A stretch of DNA of 32,000 nucleotides from Candidatus Saccharimonadota bacterium (lineage in GTDB: Archaea > Nanohalarchaeota > Nanosalinia > Nanosalinales > Nanosalinaceae): NCBI GenBank assembly GCA_001761425.1, contig CP012986.1, positions 660,001-692,000 of the forward strand. The letters run 5' to 3'. Shown one piece after another: positions 25,034 to 32,000 of the stretch (position 1 is its first letter; every line of letters starts with the position of its first letter). The notes under the pieces were generated by a model. That model saw only the letters and a program-made list of their open reading frames with translations. It was not told the origin of the DNA and did not search any database. A program made the translations under genes and the position numbers.

Positions 25034-25155
25034 AACTCTACAAAGGTACACAACATTATAACTGTTACGTTATTTGTTACCAGTTGATGACTATTCAAGA
25101 GATGTTAACATGGATAGGTATTTAAGGAAAAGGCCTCTAATTTGAGGATACGAAA

Positions 25156-25202
25156 ACACGATATGTGTGGGGGAGGGGAAAGGTTCTCCACAACATATGT
25201 GT
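25156..25202 (+). promoter_or_regulatory. two copies of a 13-nt imperfect palindrome (candidate NrdR boxes)
   Basis: ACACGATATGTGT (25156-25168) and ACAACATATGTGT (25190-25202) lie 34 bp apart, 50-95 bp upstream of nrdR. They resemble the bacterial NrdR box acaCwAtATaTwGtgt but with a shorter centre. A 15-nt palindrome AGCTTAAGTTAAGCT (25218-25232) sits at the expected TATA position. Confidence 0.5.
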
Positions 25203-25250
25203 AACTGAAGACATCGAAGCTTAAGTTAAGCTAGAGGTAACGTTGCCAAT

Positions 25251-25694
25251 ATGAAATGTATATACTGTGACGAGGGCACCACGAAAGTGGTCGATACCCG
25301 TGAATCTTCCGACAAGATCCGCAGACGCAGAGAATGCAAGAACTGTAGAAGAAGATTCACAACCTACGAGACCGCAGAAGACCTCGAGATCACAGTAACC
25401 AAGAGAGAAGGCGAATCCGAACAGTTCAGCGAGGAAAAGATCAGGAACGGCGTCGGACGTGCAGCAAAGAAGACCTCTATAGACGAAGACCAGATAGAAG
25501 AAGTCGTCGAAGCAGTAAAAGACGAAGTTAGAGGCAAAAAACAGATCAAGGCCTCTGAGATAGGAGAGGTCGTCAAGAGCGAGTTGAAGAAACGCGACAA
25601 GGTCGCATACATAAGGTTCGCTTCCGTCTACGACTCTTTCGAGGATGTAGAGTCGTTTGAGGAGGAAGTGAAAGAACTGCAAAATAATAACTAG
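25251..25694 (+). CDS. nrdR: transcriptional repressor NrdR (zinc ribbon + ATP-cone)
   Basis: MKCIYCDEGTTKVVDTRES ... RRRRECKNCRRRFTTYE is the NrdR C4 zinc ribbon. The ATP-cone blocks (VTKREGESEQFSEEKI, AYIRFASVY) follow. Confidence 0.93.
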   Translation: MKCIYCDEGTTKVVDTRESSDKIRRRRECKNCRRRFTTYETAEDLEITVTKREGESEQFSEEKIRNGVGRAAKKTSIDEDQIEEVVEAVKDEVRGKKQIKASEIGEVVKSELKKRDKVAYIRFASVYDSFEDVESFEEEVKELQNNN

Positions 25695-25715
25695 AACTTA
25701 TATTATGGTGAAACC

Positions 25716-28661
25716 ATGGCTAACAAGTTAGAACAGAAGTCAGAATTCAAGTTACCCGTAAAAAGGGTCACCGGCGAAACCGTCAAAGAACGCTTGACAG
25801 AGAACGCATACGAAAGGATTTTACCTGCGCGTTACCTTGTCAAAGACGGAGACGGTAACACAGTCGAGACCCCAGAAGAGATGTTTGAGCGTGTCGCAAA
25901 AAACGTTGCTCAGCCAGATAAAGAGTACGACGACATCGATTTCGAGGAATCCTGGAAAGAGTTCAAGGACCTCATGTCTCATCAGGCCTTCATGCCTAAC
26001 TCTCCTACACTCATGAATGCTGGAGACAATCTACAGCAGCTTTCAGCATGTTTCGTTGTCCATCCTGAAGACGATATGGACTCGATTTTCTCTACTGTTC
26101 ACGATGCTGCAAAGATCTTCCAGTCAGGTGGAGGAATGGGTTACCCATTCCACCTTATGAGACCTAAAGGAGACATCGTATCATCTACTGGAGGAGTATC
26201 TTCAGGCCCAATGAGCTTCCAGCAAGTCTTCGACACCATGTGTGGGACAATCAAGCAGGGAGGAAAGCGAAGAGGAGCACAGATGGGCATCATGAAAGTC
26301 GACCACCCGGACATCCTCCGCTTCGTAACATCAAAGAGGAAAGAAGGAAACCTTTCCAACTTCAACATCTCCGTAGGCCTTACAGAAGGCTTCATGGACG
26401 CAGTCAAGAACGACGAAGAATACACACTGATCAATCCAAGAACAGAAGAACCATTCGAAGTCTCGGAGATGACAGCACAGTTCTACAACAGTGATGAAGA
26501 ATGGTATCCTGAAGCAGCAGGTTCAGATCAGGGTAAGGACGACAACTTCTGGAGAGACCACGCATCAAGCTTCGGCGATGAGATCGAGGAATACGACATA
26601 GATCTCGAACCGGGAGAAGAAATGGCACTGCCAGCAAGATTTATCTGGGAAACACTTATCGACGGCGCATGGAGAAACGGCGAACCAGGCCTGTTCATGT
26701 ACGATGAAACAAACGACATGCATTCGTTTGATGTCGAAAAACATCCAGAGCACAAGATCCAGGCAACAAACCCGTGTGGAGAACAGCCTCTTGAAAACTA
26801 CGAGGCCTGTAACCTGGGGCACATCAACCTGAGTCTTCTCGTAGACGACGCGACAGGGAACGGAGAAGCACTTTCCTTCCCGGAATGGAGAAAAAAACAC
26901 GAATCAGACTACGAGTTCAAGACACAGGAAGGCCTTGAGAAAGCGGCTCAGGACTACATCCCTGAAGCACTTGACATGGAACGTTTCGAGTACGTCGCAA
27001 AGACAGGAACGCGTTTCCTTGACAACGTCGTTACCATGTCCGACTTCCCACTGGAAGAGATCGAAGACACGGTAAGCAGCCAGAGAAAGATCGGCCTAGG
27101 CCTGATGGGATACGCACAGATGCTTATCCAGCTTGGCGTACGGTACGGAAGCGATGAAGCAGTAGCGATCGCCAAAGAAATCCAGAGACTGATCACAAGA
27201 TTCTCCATAGAAGAAAGTCATAGACTCGCAGAGGCACGTGGAGAATTCAGTGAATGGGAGAAATCCAAATGGGCAGACCCGACCGAATACGAAGAATGGT
27301 TCAGACAGTACACAGGAGGCCTCGACCCAGAAGACTACGAGGACGGCCTCAAATTGAGGAACCACAACACGACGACTATCGCACCGACTGGAACAACCTC
27401 CATGATCGGAAACACTTCCGGAGGATGTGAACCGATCTACAGCCTGGCCTACTTCAAGAATGTCGCGAAGGACATCCAGGGAGAGGATATGCTCGTCGAG
27501 TTCGACGATTACTTCATCAAGGCCTTGGAAGCGAATGATGTAGATGTTGAAGAGGTCAAGAGAGCAGCTCAGGAGAAGATGGAGAACAACGAATGGGAAG
27601 GAGTAGAATCCATTCCAGACGAACAGCTTCCACCTGCTGTCAAGGAGATGTTCGCAACAGCAGACCAGGTCTCGCCTGAGGAGCACATCGATACACAGGC
27701 AGCATTCCAGTACTACAACCACTCTGGAATCTCCAAGACCTGTAACTTCCCTAACTCAGCGACAAAAGAAGATGTCAGAGAGGCCTACATGCGTGCCTAC
27801 GACAAAGGCGTCAAAGGCATGACAGTCTACAGAGACGGAACAAGAGAAACACAGGTCATGCAGACCAACAAAGACAACGAACTCACCGACATGGACAAAG
27901 TCGACATGCTCTCCGAGATCATCGAGGAATTCGGCGGAGCAGAAAGCCTGTTAACAAGCAACGAGTTCGAAGAGGTCACGGCACAGACGGGCCTCGAACT
28001 ACAGGAAGAAAACACGGAAGGCCTCGACCAGGAAGTCACACAGGAAGGGATCGAAGCCGACACCAAGCCACAGGAACACACGGAGATGAGCAAATCCCAT
28101 GGAATCGAAGAAAGGCCTAACGTAGTCCAGGGAACCACACAGGAGATAGAGACAGCGTACGGAGACCTCTTCGTCACGATCAACGACGCAGAGCACAACG
28201 GGCCTTTCGAAGTCTTCGCTCGTGTAGGAAAGTCTGGAGGTTACACACAGTCCTTCACAGAGGCCCTGGGACGCGTCTCCAGCCTCGCCCTGAGAAGCGG
28301 TGCAGACGCAGAAGAACTGATCAACCAGTTAGACGACATCCGCTCACCACAGATCAGCTGGGACAACGGACAGCAAATCCACAGCATCCCAGACGCCATC
28401 GCAGAAGCCATGAAACGGCATCTCAAAGGCGGAGACGGAAGCCAGCAAACAGTCGACCAGTTCGACACAGACAAAACCACACCAGACAACGCCTCAGGAC
28501 ACACACAGCCAAAAACAGAAACAGAACAAAAGGCAGACCAAACAGACTCAGCAGCAATCGTCGAAGACGGAGAAAACCCAGAATGCCCAGAATGCGGAGG
28601 AATGCTAATCCTCCAGGAAGGCTGCAACAAATGCCCAGACTGCGGCTACTCCAAGTGCTGA
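25716..28661 (+). CDS. nrdJ: adenosylcobalamin-dependent (class II) ribonucleotide reductase
   Basis: 981 aa. [28 protein letters not shown] (active-site Cys-Glu), [17 protein letters not shown] and KTCNFP are RNR class I/II core blocks. The C-terminal [14 protein letters not shown] zinc ribbon is typical of archaeal NrdJ. The gene follows nrdR after 21 nt. Confidence 0.93.
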   Translation: MANKLEQKSEFKLPVKRVTGETVKERLTENAYERILPARYLVKDGDGNTVETPEEMFERVAKNVAQPDKEYDDIDFEESWKEFKDLMSHQAFMPNSPTLMNAGDNLQQLSACFVVHPEDDMDSIFSTVHDAAKIFQSGGGMGYPFHLMRPKGDIVSSTGGVSSGPMSFQQVFDTMCGTIKQGGKRRGAQMGIMKVDHPDILRFVTSKRKEGNLSNFNISVGLTEGFMDAVKNDEEYTLINPRTEEPFEVSEMTAQFYNSDEEWYPEAAGSDQGKDDNFWRDHASSFGDEIEEYDIDLEPGEEMALPARFIWETLIDGAWRNGEPGLFMYDETNDMHSFDVEKHPEHKIQATNPCGEQPLENYEACNLGHINLSLLVDDATGNGEALSFPEWRKKHESDYEFKTQEGLEKAAQDYIPEALDMERFEYVAKTGTRFLDNVVTMSDFPLEEIEDTVSSQRKIGLGLMGYAQMLIQLGVRYGSDEAVAIAKEIQRLITRFSIEESHRLAEARGEFSEWEKSKWADPTEYEEWFRQYTGGLDPEDYEDGLKLRNHNTTTIAPTGTTSMIGNTSGGCEPIYSLAYFKNVAKDIQGEDMLVEFDDYFIKALEANDVDVEEVKRAAQEKMENNEWEGVESIPDEQLPPAVKEMFATADQVSPEEHIDTQAAFQYYNHSGISKTCNFPNSATKEDVREAYMRAYDKGVKGMTVYRDGTRETQVMQTNKDNELTDMDKVDMLSEIIEEFGGAESLLTSNEFEEVTAQTGLELQEENTEGLDQEVTQEGIEADTKPQEHTEMSKSHGIEERPNVVQGTTQEIETAYGDLFVTINDAEHNGPFEVFARVGKSGGYTQSFTEALGRVSSLALRSGADAEELINQLDDIRSPQISWDNGQQIHSIPDAIAEAMKRHLKGGDGSQQTVDQFDTDKTTPDNASGHTQPKTETEQKADQTDSAAIVEDGENPECPECGGMLILQEGCNKCPDCGYSKC

Positions 28662-28673
28662 GGTGAAAACAAC

Positions 28674-28943
28674 TTGGAACAAAGCTACGGTCTATTCGCC
28701 TACGAAGAAGAAATCAGAGATCCGGAAGAAATAGAGAACCCGGAAACCAGAATCCTCGGTGAGGAAAACGACCTGCCAACCACATGGCAGGTCCAACTCC
28801 ACCTCACACCAGGCCTCACACAGGAAGAAAGACAATACCTCACAGAGACAGAAACAGAAAACGAGGCCTATACACAGGACACACTCAACACAGGAGTAAG
28901 GCCTGAACAGCGAAAAGTAGGAGACTACGCAGCAGCCGACTAA
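28674..28943 (+). CDS. hypothetical acidic small protein
   Basis: 89-aa ORF with TTG start, 12 nt after nrdJ. It has the same T-poor sense-strand composition as the nrdJ 3' part. No motif recognised. Confidence 0.4.
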   Translation: MEQSYGLFAYEEEIRDPEEIENPETRILGEENDLPTTWQVQLHLTPGLTQEERQYLTETETENEAYTQDTLNTGVRPEQRKVGDYAAAD

Positions 28944-29055
28944 CAGCTGAGAGGAGAGATACCTCAAGGCCTTGTTTTTCTTTGTTTACTAAATAGGTTC
29001 AAATTTGAAAGAGTTCTTACATCCCGCCTAAATAAGAGAGTCTTGTCTGACAGTT

Positions 29056-29211
29056 TCAGGTTTCTATCTGTTTCAGCTTGAGTCTTTCGTTTTCGACTGC
29101 TAGGAAGAAGATATTTTTCTTTCCGATTGTAAGTCTGTCTATCCTCTGGTAAGGACCGTATTTCTTCCCTTCATTGTTCAGGTATTCGCTGGAGCCTTCC
29201 TCTGTGATCAC
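29056..29211 (-). CDS. possible 51-aa ORF in frame with, and downstream of, the amzA stop
   Basis: GTG at 29211 (MITEEGSSEYLNNEGKKYGPYQRIDRLTIGKKNIFFLAVENERLKLKQIET). The frame is open all the way from the amzA TAA (29254-29256). No recognised family. Confidence 0.25.
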   Translation of the reverse strand: MITEEGSSEYLNNEGKKYGPYQRIDRLTIGKKNIFFLAVENERLKLKQIET

Positions 29212-29253
29212 TGTTATCTCATTGTTTGACTCTTGGTTGAAAAAGATAGCAGT

Positions 29254-29919
29254 TTAATTCTTAAGGCCTTCTCTTATTTCTTCTGTACAGGCCTGGCAGT
29301 AGAGCTGGTTCTCCAGTCTGTTGTACGTATCTGACCAGATGTCTTCTCCGTTCATCACGTCATCGCCTGGACAGTGTCCTCCTCCGAACTGGTCCTTGTC
29401 CCTGTATTCTCTGTCTCCATCTTCACTTAACAGGTGGCCTCCTTCATGGTATGCGAGAGTTTCCATCATTAAATCATGTCTCTCTGGATTCATCTCCTGG
29501 AATGTGAAGTTTGAGAGAACTGCGGAAGGCCTGTGATAAGATGGCTGGGTTGCTCCGTAGACGTGGCTTGCTTCTCCTGTTTTCCTGTCCTCCACGAATA
29601 TCGGTCTGTCTGTTACGTGCATAACCGGTGTGTTTCGGAACTGCTCTGCGTAAGGCTGGAGTATCAGGACACTTGTCATATTTCTTCCTGCGAGTCCTCC
29701 TTCATTTCTTTCAAACGGTGACTCAAAGTCTCTGGAGTCCTCTATATCATGGTAGACGTCATTGAAGTCGTCCCTCTGTTCGAAGTCGGAGGCCTTAACC
29801 TGCCTGGCTGTTACTTCTTCTTCTCCAACAGTCCTTCCTATGTTTTCGACAGTCTGTTCTACCAGGTCTTTGTCTTCGGCGAGTTCTTCAGGGCCTCTGA
29901 TAAGAACTTCCTGACTCAT
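29254..29919 (-). CDS. amzA: archaemetzincin-like zinc metallopeptidase (M54)
   Basis: 221 aa. AYHEGGHLL (HExxH) ... GGGHCPGDDVM ... YCQAC approximates the archaemetzincin signature HExxHxxGx3Cx4CxMx17CxxC, with an insertion and one Cys missing. Confidence 0.6.
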   Translation of the reverse strand: MSQEVLIRGPEELAEDKDLVEQTVENIGRTVGEEEVTARQVKASDFEQRDDFNDVYHDIEDSRDFESPFERNEGGLAGRNMTSVLILQPYAEQFRNTPVMHVTDRPIFVEDRKTGEASHVYGATQPSYHRPSAVLSNFTFQEMNPERHDLMMETLAYHEGGHLLSEDGDREYRDKDQFGGGHCPGDDVMNGEDIWSDTYNRLENQLYCQACTEEIREGLKN

Positions 29920-29962
29920 CGATTTTTATCTCCTTCTGTAAGTTACCTTGGAGTCACAAATA

Positions 29963-30931
29963 CTATGTATGTTTGTCGACCTTTTCCCTGCATCGGACAA
30001 GTTCCTTTTTCAGTTCTTCTCTGTAGAATTCTTTTTCATCTTCATTCATCTCATCTAGATCTATAACTGACGCTACAAGCCTTGCGATTGTCTCGATCCT
30101 GAAAAAGGCCTCCAGCTCCTCAAAGTTTTCCGGGAGATCTCTAACTTTTTGATAGCCTCTGTAAAATTCTTCTCTTACACTCCATTCCGCTGCAGGATCG
30201 TGCATCCAGAAGCTGTTCGCTGACTTCACGAGATCCCTTACATCAAGGCCTGCGTACATGTAATCGAAGTCTATCACGCCTGAAATCTCTTTACCTCTGT
30301 ATATGACGTTGTCTGGTGAGAAATCAAGATGACAGGGAACTGCTGTGAAGTTCTCTGGGAAAAGGCCTTCGTTCTTCCTAAGAAATTCTTCAACGCTGTC
30401 AGCCACGCCGAAACCGTTTTCCCTGAGTACTGGAATCTTCTCATTGTACATATTGTCTATCTTTCTCCGTTTCAGGGAACCTTTCTCGAAGCTGTGTAGT
30501 TGAAGGCCTTCCAGCAGTTCTTCCGGTGTTTGATCTTCTTTCTTCATCTCCATCCATCCTTCATGTGGGAAGGAGGCCTTGCTGTGGATCCTCGCGAGCG
30601 TTTTACCTGCGTTCCTGGTTCTTTCCGGGTTTACGTTTTTCTCTGCGGATTCTCCCTGTACTTTTTCGACTGTTGTGAACTTTTGGCCGTTGACTTCCTG
30701 GACTTCTCTGGTTACTGTTTCGGGGACAGGTACCGTGTCTTGGAAGAGTTCGTAGCATTTCAGGTTGTGCTTCAGGGAGTCATCTTCTCTACCTGAGAAC
30801 TGGACTATGTATTTTTCTCCGTCTACGGTGACTGAGTAAGTTTCGTGCATAAGGCCTTCCTCCATCTCGTTTATTTTTTCAGGTTTTCTTTTGAGAACTT
30901 TTCTGGTTGCTTTCCTGATTTTTTCTTTCAT
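29963..30931 (-). CDS. aminoglycoside/choline-kinase-type phosphotransferase (protein-kinase-like fold)
   Basis: 322 aa. PCHLDFSPDNVIY (HxDxxxxN catalytic loop) and GVIDFDYMYAG (DFD metal loop) are present. Confidence 0.8.
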   Translation of the reverse strand: MKEKIRKATRKVLKRKPEKINEMEEGLMHETYSVTVDGEKYIVQFSGREDDSLKHNLKCYELFQDTVPVPETVTREVQEVNGQKFTTVEKVQGESAEKNVNPERTRNAGKTLARIHSKASFPHEGWMEMKKEDQTPEELLEGLQLHSFEKGSLKRRKIDNMYNEKIPVLRENGFGVADSVEEFLRKNEGLFPENFTAVPCHLDFSPDNVIYRGKEISGVIDFDYMYAGLDVRDLVKSANSFWMHDPAAEWSVREEFYRGYQKVRDLPENFEELEAFFRIETIARLVASVIDLDEMNEDEKEFYREELKKELVRCREKVDKHT

Positions 30932-30984
30932 GGGAGAGGATTTGTGTAAAAGCTGATTTAAACCTGATTTTAGTTATAGAGGTT

Positions 30985-31551
30985 ATGTCTGATGATGCTT
31001 TGAGCAGGATAGATTTTCCGGACAGAAAGTATACTTTGAAGCAGAAAGCTGTGAGGAATGCGTATAAACTGTATGATTCTGAAGAAAATGAGGTTCTCAG
31101 TGCCAAACAGAAACTTTTCAAGGTGAAGGAGGAGTTCCCGTTCACTGATCCTGAAGGTAATGAGGTGTTCAGTGTACAGGCCGAACAGGTACTTGATATA
31201 GCAGGGGATTACGCGATCATCGATTCAGGTACTGATGAGAAACTGGCTGTACTGAAGAAGGAGTTCACTTTTCTTGTGCAAAAATGGAAAATACAGGATT
31301 CTGAAGGGAATTTTCTCGCAAAGATAGAATCTCGTGGAAAGCTCATGGGCCTTTTCAGGGCGTTTTCGGATCTGGCTGATATATTCCCTCATAGATATAC
31401 TATCGAAGATTCGAATGGAGATCAGATAGGAATTATACAGGGCAAGTTCAGCCTGAGAGACAGGTATGTCATCGAACTTGATGAAAACGCTGAAAACCGT
31501 GAGGCCATCATGGCTGCTGCGGTGACAATCGACGCTCTTGAAGGCAACTAG
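30985..31551 (+). CDS. LURP-one-related / YxjI (tubby C-terminal-like) family protein
   Basis: 188 aa. Repeated beta-hairpin-like pattern: YTLKQKAV.. YKLYDSEENEVLSAKQKLF.. FPFTDPEGNEVFSV.. WKIQDSEGNFLAKIE.. YTIEDSNGDQIGII. Typical of LOR/DUF567 proteins. Confidence 0.6.
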   Translation: MSDDALSRIDFPDRKYTLKQKAVRNAYKLYDSEENEVLSAKQKLFKVKEEFPFTDPEGNEVFSVQAEQVLDIAGDYAIIDSGTDEKLAVLKKEFTFLVQKWKIQDSEGNFLAKIESRGKLMGLFRAFSDLADIFPHRYTIEDSNGDQIGIIQGKFSLRDRYVIELDENAENREAIMAAAVTIDALEGN

Positions 31552-31556
31552 AGGCC

Positions 31557-31700
31557 TTAATCTAGCTCTTCTATCTCCTCTCCTTTTTCCGGATTATCTA
31601 CTGTCGGATGTTCGCCAGTTCTGTCGTAACGCCAGTGGTTCTCCGCAGTTTTCCGGTCCGGGAATATGTATCCGCATTCAGTGCATCTGAACTAGCTCAT
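31557..31700 (-). pseudogene. small C2H2-type zinc-finger ORF interrupted by TAG at codon 3
   Basis: ATG-AGC-TAG is followed by 44 sense codons (FRCTECGYIFPDRKTAENHWRYDRTGEHPTVDNPEKGEEIEELD) and TAA. No other start codon precedes the first Cys. Confidence 0.3.
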
Positions 31701-31741
31701 AATGGAATCTTTCCTGACTTTAGGCCTGGTTTAACACTTTT

Positions 31742-31999
31742 TTACTGAGTTCTTTTTTCTGCCTGCATTTTTTCTATCATTTCGACTCTGGCGTTGTAAT
31801 CTAGATCGGAGTATTCGAAGGTCTTTTTCAGTGTTTCCAGGGAAGGTAGGTGTACATTTACTGGTCCACGGGCTATTGGCTCATTTCTGTCTGTCTCCTG
31901 TTCAAGAAGTCTGTGAACTTCTTTTGCATCGTCGTTTCTCCAGTTAAAGGCCTTTCTGTAGTCTGTTATAACGTCTACGAAGGCCTCTGGTGCTTCCAC
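31742..31999 (-). CDS. hypothetical protein, probably 5'-truncated by the window edge
   Basis: 85 codons are open to the window end; the apparent GTG start at 31999 may be internal. No motif recognised. Confidence 0.5.
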   Translation of the reverse strand: MEAPEAFVDVITDYRKAFNWRNDDAKEVHRLLEQETDRNEPIARGPVNVHLPSLETLKKTFEYSDLDYNARVEMIEKMQAEKRTQ

Positions 32000-32000
32000 T

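Larger units (their letters stand above)
165..31986. repeat. dispersed highly iterated palindrome AGGCCT (about 150 copies)
   Basis: Hand scan line by line gave about 149 exact copies, the first at 165-170 and the last at 31981-31986. Copies occur in coding regions of both strands in all frames, in the tRNA-Trp intron and in spacers. Composition alone predicts about 6-7. Confidence 0.85.

Noticed and set aside
23017-25087. + strand ORFs 23017-23343, 23378-23833, 23960-24523 and 24590-25087
   Set aside because: They are antisense to the PIN-ATPase-KH gene and the acidic HTH gene. The peptides are Ser/Leu/Ile-rich, the mirror image of Glu/Asp-rich sense genes.
25221-28630. Antisense or off-frame ORFs within nrdR and nrdJ (for example 25221-25682, 27096-27722 at 208 aa, 27827-28198, 28241-28630)
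   Set aside because: The NrdR and NrdJ frames are unambiguous. The long antisense frames stay open because the sense strand is T-poor, so stops are rare on the complement.
9085-28661. Inteins in polB or nrdJ
   Set aside because: PolB is shorter than usual, not longer. The extra length of NrdJ is explained by acidic low-complexity insertions and the C-terminal zinc ribbon. I saw no intein splice-junction blocks (Cys/Ser ... His-Asn-Cys/Ser/Thr) interrupting conserved motifs.
8497-31551. AGGCCT-free stretches as markers of recent horizontal acquisition (8497-9139, 12863-13497 covering the Doc-like gene, 28117-28810, 30853-31551 covering the LOR gene)
   Set aside because: With a mean spacing of about 210 bp, gaps over 640 bp have a probability of about 0.05 each. 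Roughly 7 are therefore expected among about 150 intervals, and I see 4-6. The gaps are compatible with random placement.

Overview
The window looks like a compact, gene-dense chromosomal segment of a halophilic archaeon. Evidence for that assignment: very acidic predicted proteins, an archaeal-type family B DNA polymerase, a BHB-type tRNA intron, archaemetzincin, UPF0058/UPF0292-type small proteins and a PIN-ATPase-KH protein. A nanohaloarchaeon-like DPANN lineage is my guess and cannot be verified here. I support about 37 protein genes, including glmS, polB, Fe/Mn sod, nfo, nrdR-nrdJ and amzA. There are also three MBL-fold hydrolases and a NYN protein followed by a 4xCBS protein with an HPF-like tail. 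The two tRNAs are tRNA-Leu(UAG) and tRNA-Trp(CCA), the latter with an unusually long intron of about 267 nt. I saw no rRNA, CRISPR array, transposase or integrase. The strongest signal is not a gene: the palindromic hexamer AGGCCT occurs about 150 times by hand count (about one per 210 bp, roughly 20-fold over composition expectation). It falls in all reading frames, on genes of both strands, in intergenic spacers and next to stop codons, so it behaves as a highly iterated palindrome. Secondary observations:
- the NYN + CBS-HPF-like pair, a possible energy-sensing ribosome-silencing module
- an exonuclease-degenerate PolB with an altered motif C
- an HTH + PD-(D/E)xK nuclease-like operon
- an orphan Doc/Fic protein with a His-to-Gln change in the catalytic motif
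- a P-loop-less RecA/RadB-like protein
- a dispersed family of small 3-TM proteins
- candidate NrdR operator repeats
- two in-frame-stop oddities
Hand-derived coordinates (tRNAs, motifs, revised starts) may be off by 1-2 nt. All family assignments come from motif recognition by eye, not from searches.
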